From NCBI GenBank assembly GCA_051362555.1, contig CM120647.1, forward strand, positions 15,228,651 to 15,292,650: a stretch of DNA of 64,000 nucleotides, given 5' to 3'. The translations under genes were made by a program, and so were the position numbers. Each line of letters starts with the position of its first letter. The first letter of the stretch is position 1. The DNA comes from Lingula anatina. Taxonomy: Eukaryota; Animalia; Brachiopoda. The notes under the pieces were generated by a model. It saw nothing but the letters and a program-made list of their open reading frames with translations. It made no database searches and had not been told where the DNA came from. Below, one piece after another: positions 24,382 to 38,255 of the stretch.

Positions 24382-27300
24382 GCGTAGCTGAGGTCCCTCC
24401 CGAATATTTTTTGCGAGAAACTGGTTTCCTTTTCTAGTGGCGCTCAATGTGCGGAAATATTTTGGTAAGTGACTATCAATATTAATACAAAGCGTTCTAT
24501 TTTTATGTTTCCAGGCAAAATAGGCAACCTTTCATTCATGATAGTTGACGCGGTCATCCCGGTCATTTACCTTGTATGCGGTATGCAGCATGGGAATGAA
24601 AATTTTTATGACGGTATGAATGGTATAAATTTAGACGCTGAGAAGGCAGCACAGCTTGATGTGACTCCAGCCTCACTGCGATATTTTTGCTGACTTTAAA
24701 TTAAGTTTTTCATTGACACACAACGTATCAGTTAGTCCATCTGGTAGTGATTTCAGGTAAGTTAGCCGATGTTGAAATGTGACTGTGTGCACATTCTTGT
24801 GTTATTTGACACTTTGGCAATGTCATATATATGACAAGTGCATTTCAACAGTTCTGTCAATCTCATATTGTCAATACAGTGTAGTTTCGATAGGAGCTGA
24901 ATGCCACAGTTTTCTTACTAGTACGATATTTCTAAAATTTTGTGAATAATATTACTATATTTTGATGTTGTAACATTTTATATTATCATCTTTATTAATT
25001 TTTTATTTATTCAAACCATCTTTCTAAGTAATTTTTTCAATGACAGCACCCAGGAGATTAGGGTATATTATTTTTACTTGTTTCGTGTGACCTACCCACA
25101 ATGTTTTATTTTATTTATATATGTATATTTTTTTCAATAATTTCTGTTTCTTTGGTTTTCATCATAATCTGCTGCCTTTTTAGCGGTGTCAAATCATAAA
25201 TTTGACACTGTGATAAAAGGCAGCAAAAGCGATCACTTTCATTTTCATGTTGTAAAGTTAATATGTTTTCAGGCTATTTTAATGTGATCAAAGCCGCCAT
25301 ATTCCTGTGTTCGGCTACTTCTGTAGCATGGAAAGATAGGACAATGATTGGCATCATTTCCGATTCCTAGTTGGTCTGAAAGTAAATCAATAGAGCAGAT
25401 ATAGACAGGGCATAATAAATGATGATATTGCTCTAGAAATTGAAAGGTCAGACTACTTGATTAGGGCTGCTTTGTAAGCTGCTTGTGGTTGGAGAGCATG
25501 TCTGGTTGTCCTGTCCTTTTTATAATCATGTGACTGTCTGGCATTCTAGATTATCGTTAGGTAGACTTGGGTCCTTTTCTCAAGGAGCTGTAAAGCTTCC
25601 TGTAGTGCTCCAGATTAAGAAATTGACTGCTACTAGTGCCTAGTAGAACTTTACATGGCCTGGTTAATACATGGAAGAGTTGCCTCAATAGACCCTTGGC
25701 AAAAGACCCCCCCCCCCCCCCCCAAAAAAAAAAAAAAAAAAAGAAATCAATGAAAGACAATATTAACAAACAAATCAACTTTCTAAATTCTTCTTTAAAA
25801 GGCAGCCTAGTTGGTTAATTTTATTTGCAGACTTTGATTCTAAAGACACATTTTGCACTTGAGTCATTTTGTAATAAGAAAAATCCCCTGCTTGTATCTA
25901 AAGCTTGAAGTTAATCTGTCATTTTATCAATGAATATGAAAGGCCATTAGAGTGCCTTCAGCAGAATTGGCATCATTTCATTTTAAGGGATTGGGGGGGG
26001 GGGGTGGGTGAGAATCCCATCGTATAAATAGATGGTTTGACATCTTGATCAAAATTTTATTCTAGATATGTATCAGGTGTTATTGTTTGTACAATTTCGC
26101 TTAATTTCCTTTGTGTTGTGAAGTGACTGAACTGGACAAAAGCGGTTCAAACCAGAGACAACTGATTGAAAAACGGTGTTTATGTTATCTGGCGTTATTG
26201 TGTGAATGTCCTGAAATCTTTGGTTAAGCATAGTTAATGATTTACGTCAGTTATACTCTTGCTCATGACGTGATAGGGCATTCTCCCCGGGTTAAATAGG
26301 GTAACTCTAAGTGGTTTGCTTTTATGAACAAATGCTTTTTTATTAATGTGTTTTCTTGGAATAGTTTGATTTTAGTTTAAAGCTCTCTTCAGATATTGGA
26401 AAATGCCAATCATCAGCAGTATTCTGGGCAGTAAGGTTTTTTAAAATTGTTTTTCCTGGTATTCTGCTCTTTGTTTTTCAATATTGTGCTGAAAATTTAG
26501 AAAGTGATTTACTGAGGCTTCTTGGAAACAGCTTGATCTGCTTTGGACAGAAAATCATTCCTTATATTTGTGGAAAACAGACTGAGAAAGTGAAGTGTTG
26601 CATGAAGCCGACTTCTCAAGCTACATGTATAATCTGTGGTGTCCTTATTTTGAATCACAGTGATTAATAATTGGGTGATTGATTTTTTCATCTGTTTGCA
26701 AACTCGGTGAACTTGCTTCTTATCAACCAGTGGGCAGTCACAATTACGGTAATTATTTGAAATTTTCAAACACCCCACATTTTGTAATATTTTGCTTTTT
26801 TGAGATTTTCTCATTTTCGGACACATTAACTTTTTTGACAAATTAAGCACCCATCTTACATTCCTAAATATTCAAATTTAGATATATATTCAAGTTTTGT
26901 ATCAACAAAATATTTTAATTTGCTGAGTTATATTGTTCAAATTTTTCATGTAATTACAGGAGAGAATGGCTGGAGTGAAAGGAGAAATCAATTATGTTAT
27001 TTCTCTACCTACGGCTACCTATGCTAACTGGTGTACATGAAAACTATTTCTGTGGACTTTCCATCTTGTATTGATTTGTCGATATATATGAATATATATA
27101 GGTACTGGTATTGTTACTTTTTGATCAGATTGAAAAAGGCAGCACAAAATGAAGTTCGTCATTTGTGGTTTTGTTTCATTAACAAGTGTTGAACAGGTGG
27201 CACAGCTCCAAGAAAACTGCAGTGTTTCTGTGATTATACTCAAGTTACAGAATGTTTGGCAGTGCTTGTATTATAACAGCTAAAAATGTGTAGGAATTAT

Positions 27301-28468
27301 AACACCTCCCTATTTGTTAATAAGCTATTGTTTTCTCACAGACAAGTGATTTGGTCATATTAAAACCATTTACATTTACTATATAATATTATTTTGTGGA
27401 GTAGGCCCTGCTGTAAGATAGGCTGGATTCAAGTACACAGTTTTCAGTGTGCTAACTCATAAACTGTTGTCACAAGCACTGTATATGACCAGTGAATGAG
27501 ACGAGGTGATTTTTCATGTGACAAACACATGGTCAAATACTATGCGTCAGCTGAGTATGTGTCATTCATAAAAATAACCTTGAAATAGTCTCCCCCCCCC
27601 CCCTCCTTGACTCCTTATGTTACACCGAGGTTGTATTTTGATTTATGCTAGTTAATTTTGTTGTCACGAGGAATATTGTCCTTTTGAATTATAAAGTTGT
27701 TTGGGGGGAGTATTGAAGAGGAGAAATAACACATTTGTAAGAGTTGTTTTGTATCAAAGTAATAATGAAAAGGTATGGTCCACATGGGAGGTATAACCAA
27801 GGTATAAAAAAAAAGGAAAGAGTAATAGTACCAATGGTTTCACTAACCATAATTTGTCTTTAATACAAGCAGATCAAGTGAACGAAAGGCCGTCGGTTTA
27901 ATTGATTGTGTTTGGCTCCCTTGTCTACATTCACTTCACCGCCCAAGCATTGACCCCCGCGGGAGGTCACACCTTCAGAGGGAACCGGTGGCCCGCTTTG
28001 TAGCCCTTCTGTGTCAAGTAGAGGGGACTGCATTGTGTTTCCACCCGCTGTGGAATGTTGCCTATAGGTCGTGTACAGTGGTGGAATATTTGCTGAAGAA
28101 TGACCTGCCCCCAGTGGCCCTCGTTGTCCTGCTGTTTACACGTGGGTGGTGGTAGTTCTTGAAGACTGACATGAATTGTTAGCTTACTAGTCTATGGCAG
28201 CTCTCTGTCTGGACTGTAACTCTTTAAAGACGTCTACACATACTTAGTAGGCTATCCATTGATAAGAGATTGCTAAGATAGAGGACTAGTTTGCAAAGGG
28301 AATCGGCTGTTTGAGTACTAGTACTAGTAGGGGGCCAGACAGGGAGTGGATCAGGGTACAGGCACCGTCTGGTCCAGACTAAATAGGAAATGGAGTTCAC
28401 AGGAGGTAAGGAGTGCTGAAGTATTGATTAGGGATTTACTCCCTTCCTTTCCTCTCCTCCCTTCCATT

Positions 28469-28505
<37 letters not shown>

Positions 28506-29201
28506 GCACGGACGCACGCAAGGACACACTTATAAAACCACCCCGATCCTTACAGAACCCTACTAGTAGTTATGCCCTGCTTTTTTAGAGATGCTTATTT
28601 CCGACTTGGCTCTGTGAATCAGTATGAAGGAGTCTTCTAAAGGTATGTGAACACAGGGCCAAATTTGCATGCTGATAAGATTGTTTAAATTACTCCATTG
28701 GAATGTGTGTACTTAAAACTGGGGTACGGCAAGTTTTCCTGTCTGGACTTGTTACCTGCATTCAACAACAGTATCTCTATTGAAGCATTGACTATGTAAA
28801 GTTGAACACACACTGTTGGCCTCAAATGTCTGACTCTGCAGTGGAGTCATTATCATGTCTTTAGTTTGTGGTTAAACCCTGTATGTGGTTAAACCCTGTA
28901 TATACTTGGAAATTCACTTCTATTGTCTAGCTGATCGTCTTCAAATATTGATGACATATGCTTTTGTTTTTATCACACGATTTAACACAATTCGGTTTCT
29001 GAATACTTTGCCGTAGTGTGCATGAAATTAGGGAAGCTGGACACTGAGTCTGATTGGTTATTTGATCGATTGTCTTTTATGGCTTTGCAATAGTGGTTAA
29101 AGGTAAGTGTATTCTCTGCTAATTCACTGTATCAGGTATAGTCCTGCTGATGTAGTCTTACGCTTGTCAAGAGAACAAGATACAGAAGGGGTAAGGTGGA
29201 T

Positions 29202-29249
29202 TTTGATGTTTGTTTTATTCAGTTTTCCAAGGCCTCCGGCCCATAGTAC

Positions 29250-29294
<45 letters not shown>

Positions 29295-31671
29295 TTAATA
29301 AAATAGTATAGTATTAAGGATTGTTAATTTTGTCAGTGACTCAAAATTTCTTTTCTTAATAAAAAAGCATTATATATATAAGCAGCCAGATTTGCTATTA
29401 AATTTGTGTTTTTTGTAGCCATTAATCTTAAAAAACTTTCTTTAGTAGGGTTATTCACTGGCAGATATTTTCCTCTTAATTCTGTATATGCTACACATGT
29501 CATTAAAAAATGGTATTCGTCTTCTACATCATAAATATTATGTTTTTTACAGATTAAACAGAGTCTATTGCATCTTTCTATACCTCTCCATCTACCGCTC
29601 TCAATATGTAGTAGGTGATTTGCGCATCTGAATCTTGCTAATGAGTTTCTATGTTTTACATTTTTAACACTTAATAGGTAACACTCCAGTGTTAACGTGC
29701 TCTTAAATAATGAATAAGTATCCAGTTTGCTGCTCTTACATATGTCACTGTGCCATATTTGGCCAGCATTATCTACTAATCTTTCTCTGAAAACTTTAAG
29801 AAATAAAACAGAATTTCCCACACCCTGAGCCTCCCAGACATATCCAAAGCCATATCTATATAACAACATTTTAACATCTGTGGCCCAAGTGTGCCTTCCA
29901 CTTGAATCTAATTTAAATAGCATGTCATATACATGAGCAGAATAACGATCTTCATTCATATGTACAAGTTTTAACCAATATTTTATGCTATTTACCATAT
30001 AATTGGTATACAATGGATATCTTCCGCATTCGCCTAGTACAGCTTCCGTCACAGTATTTGAACTAACACCTAATAAATATCTACAAAATTTTGCTTGGAA
30101 GATTTCAATACTTTCTACTGGTTTATAACCCCATATCTCAGCACCATAGAAAAGAATGGGTGTTATCATTCTATCAAAGAGAAAGAAAGCTTCCTTAAAG
30201 GAAATACATGCTTGTTTTTTCAAATATAACTTAACAACAAATAATGCTTTATTGGCTTGATTGATTTGATGTTGGATAGTTTTACCCCAACCGAGGAAGG
30301 CACCAAAATATGTTCCTAAGTATTTGTATGCAGGTACTGCTTCTAAATTTTTGCCCTTGAAAAACCACCTTTCATTTTTCTTTATTTTACCACCTCTCCT
30401 AAATACTACTATTTTTGTCTTTTGGACATTTACTAGCATACCATACTGACTGCAATATTTTTCTAATTGATGAATTTGTTTCTGTAACCCCCCAACAGTG
30501 TCTGAGATGCAAACAATGTCATCAGCATAGAGCAAAGACATGAGATTTGGAAACACCTCATTTATGTAAATACCCTGACATCCAGCTTTGTTCAAACTAT
30601 GATAAAATTCATTTATGAATAATGTAAATAGAAAAGGACTTAGCATGCATCCTTGTCGAGTGCCCATGTTACATTTAAAATACTCAGTAAGACCTAAATT
30701 TGTTAGAACACATGATTGCAGTTGGGAATACATAGAGCGTAAAACTGTGACGACATGTCCATTTACACGATTTTTTGCAAGTACATACCATAATAATTTA
30801 TGTTGAACACTATCGAAAGCGGCTGAGAAATCTATAAAAATACAGTAGCATCTGCCTTTACTTCGACTTAAGTATTTTTGTACGCAACCCTGCAATGTAA
30901 AAATGTGATCGACAGTGGAGTAACCAATTTTATAGGCAGCCTGAGCTTCAATCAATGTATTATTTTCCACTGCCCAATTATTAAACCTGTTACTCAAAAT
31001 TTTCATGAATATTTTTCCCATGACATTCAAAAGGGCAATTCCTCTATAATTTGTTGCCACATTTACATTTCCTTTTTTGAGCAATGGGTACAGAATGGCA
31101 TTGCACCAGCTAGAGGGAAATTTTCCACTTGTTAATACAGTGTTATAAAGATTTAATAACAGTGGTGATAAATGGTTGAAGGCATATTTAAACATTTCAA
31201 TCACTAATCCATCTGGACCTGGAGATTTTCCATTTTTCATGGTGCGTACAACATTTGATAGTTCATCCATGGTGAATGGCTCATTTAGAGTATTGCAACT
31301 GTTTAAAGGCTGTATGTGCTCAAACCATTCACTATACTGTTCGATATATGTTATGAAGCTCTTTTCTGTGTCATTTACATTTTCATTTAATAACTTATAA
31401 AAATGATTTTGCCATGCTTGTGGGCTGATATTATTCTTTTTAATAGACTGAGCACTTTTCAGAGACTTTATATAATTCCACATTTCCTTTGTGGTTTTTA
31501 AAGCGTGCAATTTCTCGACTTCTTTTGCAGTGTAAGAATTTTTCTTGGTTTCACAGAGTGCCTTAAACTTACTCTTACATTCCTTATATTTTTTAAAATC
31601 ATTTTGATTATTTGACTTCCTGAAATCATTGAGACATTTGAATTTAAGTTGTTTTAATAGATCACATTCCT
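29202..31671 (-). mobile_element. 5'-truncated non-LTR retrotransposon (LINE; RTE-X-like, clade not certain)
   Basis: Intact RT ORF, a 3' UTR with a (TAA)n tract and AATAAA, and 14-bp flanking duplication GGGGTAAGGTGGAT (29188-29201) / GGGTTAAGGTGGAT (31672-31685). Confidence 0.92.
29333..31668 (-). CDS. LINE ORF2 fragment: reverse transcriptase plus C-terminal CCHC-like domain, no endonuclease
   Basis: Motifs KSPGPDG, NYRGIALL, FIDFSAAFDSV, GTRQGCMLSPFLF, LLYADD, YKYLG and RLCLIC..VEDEYHFLMTC. The frame stays open upstream of the track ORF (ECDLLKQLKFKC...) to the truncation point. Confidence 0.93.
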
Positions 31672-33325
31672 GGGTTAAGGTGGATATCAGTATCTGTTAA
31701 AAATATTAAATGATCTTAAATATTTGTAGTGAAAATCATGAAAACAAGTTCCATTTGGAAATGAACTTAAAAAGAAAAAAAAGGCTGATTACAATAGCTA
31801 GGTAATGTCCATTCTCCCACCTGAGTAATGGTTTATATATTTAAGTTTGATGTGCAAGCAAAAATGAAGGGGATAGAAATGCAGTCTTTTTTTTTTAATT
31901 AAAAAAAAATCTTAAGCATTGTGTTCCAGCAGTTTGCATATTTGGTATATGATAATTGAGAACTTGGGCTATTGATTATTAAGGTCAAAAGGTGACATTA
32001 ACACACTGACTTCAAGCCGTATGCTTGACCCAGCTACTGTTCATGAAATTCTGTCTGAGCTTTGAAGCTGAGTGGTGACCGGGAAGACAGGTTACCTGCA
32101 TGTCTGGGCTTGTTCTTCCCTACCTGCATGTTAATCACAGTATGACGGAACAGACAGTGCGTAAGATTGTGAGGTGCAGGTGTCGTAATCTTTAGTTGCT
32201 TTATCATATGATTTTTTTTAGGTGATTGTGATCTTTTGTCTGTCTCTTGTGTTTTTTTTTTCTTTATATCTGTAGCAAAACTTCTATAAGCTGTTAAAGC
32301 TGTGAGTCTAATCAGTGAAAAGTTGGGAGAAATAATTTTTTGGATTTTGCATTCATTTTCTGAAAGAGTGGTTTACTTCTAATTGTGTCTTCTGTCAAAT
32401 TTTGTCAGACGTACTTGATTTTTTTTTTTTTTTTTTTTTTTTTGCATTTGCATTTTGACCAGTGAAACTATTTGGGACACATTGGCACACATAGTCTGAA
32501 GATATTCAACATAAGGTCAGGTGTTGTCTAGACAAGCCATTGTACTGCAATTCATAGCAAGTAGAACTGAATAGCATAACCCAGTCTAGACTACTGGTAC
32601 ACGGCACTGGAGGTGCCTTCCTTGATCTGGAGGAGAAGGCATGTTGCTGTAACAATATAGTTCAATGTGATGTAGAGAAAAGGAATTGTGATAAGATTCC
32701 AGTCAACAAGGTTTACGAACACAGACCATCTTGGAACTCCTCTGTTGTTACTTTTGCACACAGTCCAAGAGAGTGTGGTCTTGGCACACCTTGGCCAGTG
32801 GCTCTGCACACAATGTCCAGTGAATAATAAGAAATATACATCAGATGAACTTTTTAATAAATGAGCTGTCACACTTGTCAGTCGCACCTTTGTTTTATGG
32901 ATGTGATTTGTGAGTTTCAAGGTTGATGAGCTGGTGCGTTTGGGTAAGAAAGAGAGAGGGAGATGAACATTTTTTTTTCTACATTTGTAAATGTGGGAGT
33001 CAGAGCACATTTTGGATCAGTTGATCTGGGGACTAACTAGCCTGGGGATCTAATAAAGTGCCACCCACTTTAAAGAGTGCCAAGTTTCCCCTGCTGGGAT
33101 GGCAGGCGTGGGAGGCAGAAATCCACTGTCAAGTCTGCACTGTATTTGATCCGCAGACTAGTTCCTCTGCAGATAAACTGGTTGTGAAAACAGATGTATT
33201 CCTCATGGTAAAGGTGTACTAGGTACCGTAGGATGTACATACAGGTTTGTTACTGATGTTTTCTTATTGATTGACAACAAAATAAGTCATCTTTACAGGG
33301 TTTTTGCGGTGGAGAGGGCATATGG

Positions 33326-33596
33326 TCAAGCCACTGCCCCAAATTACCAAACAATCCTTATCCCTAGCCTACTGATACCTTTATTTTCAAGAGAACAATC
33401 ACTTGAGTTATTTAAGGGGCAACTCCTGTATAAAGTATACTCATTTCTGACAGTAGCTAATCAAGCCACTGCCCCAAATTACCAAACAATCCTTATCCCT
33501 AGCCTACTGGTACCTTTATTTTCAAGAGAACAATCACTTGAGTTATTTAAGGGGCAACTCCTGTATAAAGTATACTCATTTCTGACAGTAGCTAAT
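33326..33596. repeat. 135-bp near-perfect tandem duplication
   Basis: TCAAGCCACTGCCCCAAATTACC...CTGACAGTAGCTAA occurs twice with one visible mismatch. Confidence 0.95.
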
Positions 33597-35589
33597 ATAT
33601 TTGTCTGGAGATAATATATTTAAATTTCTTGGACATTTTCCCTCTAGAATGTCAACAGCATTAGAAAAGGGAAATGAAGGGAGACTAAGTTACTTATTAC
33701 ATTTCAGAACTTGTGCTCCAGGAAAGGTGGCAAAAAACAAGCACTAGTAGATAATTCAAGATTGCATGTCAAGATTTTCCAAACGAAGCTACTAAAAGCC
33801 TAATCTGCTTGTCATAGTTGGCTAAACAAAAGTTTAGCAGTCAAAGCTTGAAGGACATTTTTCCGTATTTTAAAGAGGAGGCATGCCTGTGGACTGTTTT
33901 TCAGGCAAAATTTGACTAAAACAAAGCTGATTCATCATCAGATCATAAGATCACTTGTGGTAAAGTATGGTCTCTTTTGAAGACTTAATTATTGGTTGAC
34001 TAATACATTGTGTGAGACATAGTGGACTTGGCTAGTCAGTTTTCTGAGTTGCAGTGTGTTATGAAAGTGCCTGCTGTTGTTTTGATGGTTGTTGATAAGT
34101 AGATTATTGTGCGTGTGGGATGAATCTGTGGATTGAGGAGTAGAAAGCTACGAGAATCACATGCAGGTACGGCTTTCCTTTCGTGAAAATAACTTAATAT
34201 GTAAGTTGTTTACATTGAGTGTATTTTGATGTTTAATGCTATATTTATGTAATTTTCCCAGAAGTGTAATATTCTGTCTTGATGTTCTCTGGCCTTGAAG
34301 TTGTTGATGTGTTTGATGTTTTGAAGAAATTATGAATGATGGGTCAGTGGGACCCACAGTCATAAGCACACACGCAAGCACAACATCTTGTGCTTGAATG
34401 TTTATAGAAAAATATAGATTGAGGATGAAATTGATTAATTCTATCTTAGTAAAGTATCTGTTGTGGTACTGGGGTACTAAGAGAACCTATACTTTTGATA
34501 GCACATTTCTTTTGATATGATAAGCATTGTCTCGTGTTTTGGAAAAATTCTCAGAAAATTTCAGTCATAATTTCCTTCTTTTTTATTTATTTATTTTTTT
34601 TTTTCTTATTTTTTACAACTGGGGTATAACTTTAGATGACATAACATGTCTTTGTCCCCCACTCCTTTTGAAAACTTCAGTGACATCAGCTTTATCAGTG
34701 GACCACAAGGAAGTTGTCTTTTTTGAACAGCATTCAGTATCCTCAACATGGGCCATAGAAAATCCATAGGCAATTGCATTGTGGATTTTTATTGCATCAA
34801 TACACAAATTCCAGTATCGTTGACTAAGCTAGTTCTGATTCAGAACATTGTGTGAGTAAAAATGCCAGCACGAGGAAGTTTTTGATAATTGTATCTTTTC
34901 TATTTCATAGGTAGCAATTTGTTTTTTTTTTCTTTTTTGGTTAATTTTTGTCAGAGGTATGATAGATCTTTTCTTTTCACTTTAGAAGTAAATTGATCAG
35001 AATGCATTTTGAAAAAAACCCTGTCCCATTTAAAAAGAAATACTCCACAACATTCGTTGGCCAAGTACACATACAGGGTTCTCCCCAGGCCTTTATAGCG
35101 TATCGGCCCCGATACGCTATTTTTTTTGCCGATACGCTTCTTTTTTTGCCGATACGCTTCTTTGAACTCCGATACCCTTTAAGAGTGTGTGTGTGACCAA
35201 TGCCTTTAATGCCTTTATTCCTGACAGTCGCGACGTAAACCGTAAAATAAAAACGACTGTGTGCGTACTTGGATCTCTTGTGTGCGCGATAAGTTGTTTA
35301 TTTTTATTCTGCCTGGCGCAGTAATACAAGTATAACATCTTATGTTGAGGGCGCGGGACCTGCGTACTGACAAGTTTCGAATATCAACATCCGCTTATTA
35401 GTTTCGTCATCAATGTAATTCTGTGAGATTTGTTTGCTTTATCTATATTTTTGGAGAAATATAATAAATAGTCAATCCTTCATGTTATTTTGACTGAAGA
35501 ATAGTAGCAGTCGTGATCATTTATAAATAAATGTATCCATGCGGCAAGAGAAAATGTCAGAAAAGATGCAACGCTATTTAATACATTAG

Positions 35590-38255
35590 CGCCTGTCCGG
35601 GACAGGTAAAAATTCAGCTCGGACAGGTGAAGTTGCAGGGTTGGCTGTCCGACAGACAGGTCATGGTTTAAGAGAAATTTGGAGCAAAAATCTTTTAAAA
35701 AATCATTTTTAATGCATACTAACGTCTTTTTGTCTCCTCCTACACGGTACTGAAAAGAATGACCTACTTTTGGCACAAAACACGTGCAGTCACAAAACGA
35801 AGTCTTAGCAAACTTACCGCCAAGTTATGAAAGTGAACACCCTCCAGAACTTCATCAGACAAAATTTATTCACATAACAGGCTCACTACTGAATATTTAT
35901 TTGGTTAAAAATCTACGTGCTCTAGAGAGAAAGACCGTTACAGAAACAACACAAGTACTATGCTGATTACAAAGCCAGATTGAACTAGATGAACTGGCTA
36001 TATCTAGTTCGTTGTCCAGGCAACATACTGCCTGTCAATCAAATACGTTGTATGCTATCTACTCACTACAGAACGTGAAATCTTTGGGACTGAAGATCTT
36101 GTTGAAATATTGTTTATTTGCCAAAATATAACCTGAAATTTTGTATGATGTTTTCTTTAATGACTTTATCATCACCTATAGTATTTACAGTTAAAAATTT
36201 AGTGCTGGAATATGATAAATTAACATTGCTGTCATATACCAGTGTGGTATTGATGTAAGGAAGAAATTAGTAATAACAAATATGAGAATTTAAAAAAAAG
36301 GGGAACTTTTTTATACTGATTTTATTTAACTCATATATTTAAGAAAATCAAACACAAGATAACCCCTAAAAAGTTAAATCGTTAACATAAATATAAGTAA
36401 AGTATTATAAGATGAATATTCTTTAATTTTTCATTGAACCAGGGCTCGACATAAGTGCCTGTCCGCCTGTCCGGGACAGGTAAAAATTCAGTTCGGACAG
36501 GTGAAGTTGCAGGGTTGGCTGTCCGACGGACAGGTCATGTTTTATGAGAAATGTGGAGCAAAATTTAAAAAAATCATTTTTATTTGTTGCATACGAACGT
36601 CTTTTTGCCTCTTCTTAGACGGCATTGAAAAGTGTGACCTACTTTTGGCACAAAACACATGCAGTCGCAAAACGAAGTCTGAGCAAACTTACCGCCAAAT
36701 TATGAAAGTGAACACCCTCCAGAAGTTCATCAGACAAAATTTATTCACATATCAGGTTCACTACTGAACATTTATTTAGTTAAAAATCCTACGTGCTCTA
36801 GTAATAAAGACCCTTCCAAAAACAGAAACTTTACACAAGTACTGTGCTGCCTGGTTACAAAGCCAGATTGGACTGGATGAACTGGCTATATATAGTTCGT
36901 TGTCAAGGCAACATACTGCCTGTCAATCACATACGTATGCTATCTACTCACTATAGAAAGTGAAATCTTTGGGACTGAAGATCTTGTTGAAATGTTGTTT
37001 ATTTGCCAAGATATAACCAGAAATTTTGTTTGATGTTTTCTTTAAGGACTCTAGCATCACCTCTGTTATTTACAGCTTAAAATTTAGTGCTGGAATATGA
37101 TAAATTAACATTGCTCTCATATAACAGTGTGATATTAATGTAAGGAAGAAATTAGTAATAACAAATATGAGAATTTAAATAAAAAGAAGGGGAACTTTTT
37201 GATACTGATTTTATTTAATTCATATATTTTTACAAAATCAAACACGTGATAACCCCGTAAGAAGTTAAATTGTTAACATAAATATAAGTAAAGTATTATA
37301 AAATGAATATTCTTTAATTTTCATTGAACTTTATTCAAATATTTTAAATATTGAATATTTTAATAAAATTAATTTAACAGTACCCCCTCCCCACCCCACT
37401 TTTTTTTTTTTTTTTTTTTTTTTAGCTCTGGTTAAACTTTATGTGAATCTGTTATCAAATTGCAGACTTACAATTAGTAAACCCTGTACCCCAATTCCTA
37501 GGAGAAGCCCTGATTGGAACTAAATAAATATTAGACTTATATGCAAGTTTAAAATCTTCGGGAATTCACAAGTATGAAAAAACAACTTTTTATGTGAACA
37601 TAAGTTCACGTTAAGGTGCATTTTTGGGGCTCATATGATTGAATGTTTTGGTAATAAATACATTTAATGTATGACACATATTGATTGACAAAGTTCAAAG
37701 GTATGAATAGAAAAAAAAATTATTGGTTTTGTGGACAGGTTGGATTGAAAATCGGACAGGTCAAATTTATGAGCACCTGTCCTTCGGACAGGTGCTCATA
37801 AAAGTTAGTGTCTAGCCCTGTGAACTTTTGAATATTTTAATAAAATTAATCTAACAGTACCCACCTGCCACTCAGGGTATTTATATTTTGCTTTGGTTAA
37901 ACTTCATGTGAATTTGTTATCAAATTGCAGATTTACAATTAGCAGACCCTGTACCCAAAATCCTAGGAGAAGCCCTGATTGAAACTTTATAATGTTAAAT
38001 CAGACTTATATGCAAGATTAAATCTTCAGGAGTTTACAAGTATGAAAAAACAACTTTTTATCTGAAAATAAATCCACTTTAAGGTGCATTTTCCGGCTCA
38101 TTTAATTTAATGTCTTGGCAATAAATGCATTAAATGTATGACTACACATATTTATTTACAAAGTTCAATGGTATGAATAGAAAAAATATTAGTTTTGTTG
38201 GACAGGTTGGATTGAAATTCGGACAGGTACTCATAAAAGTTAGTGTCTAGCCCTG
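35590..38255. mobile_element. Middle element: family B copy with left end missing, interrupted by a second family B copy
   Basis: 35590-36439 plus 37821-38255 align along their length to 36440-37820 and end in the same TGTCTAGCCCTG terminus. Confidence 0.85.
36440..37820. mobile_element. Inner element: complete ~1.38-kb non-autonomous DNA transposon (family B), 5-bp TSD
   Basis: TIR CAGGGCTCGACA / TGTCTAGCCCTG, TSD TGAAC on both sides, multiple subterminal GGACAGG/CCTGTCC motifs, no transposase ORF. Confidence 0.92.

Noticed and set aside
33267-33614. 115-aa ORF with an internal repeat
   Set aside because: Product of the 135-bp tandem duplication, with no ATG start and no recognisable domain.
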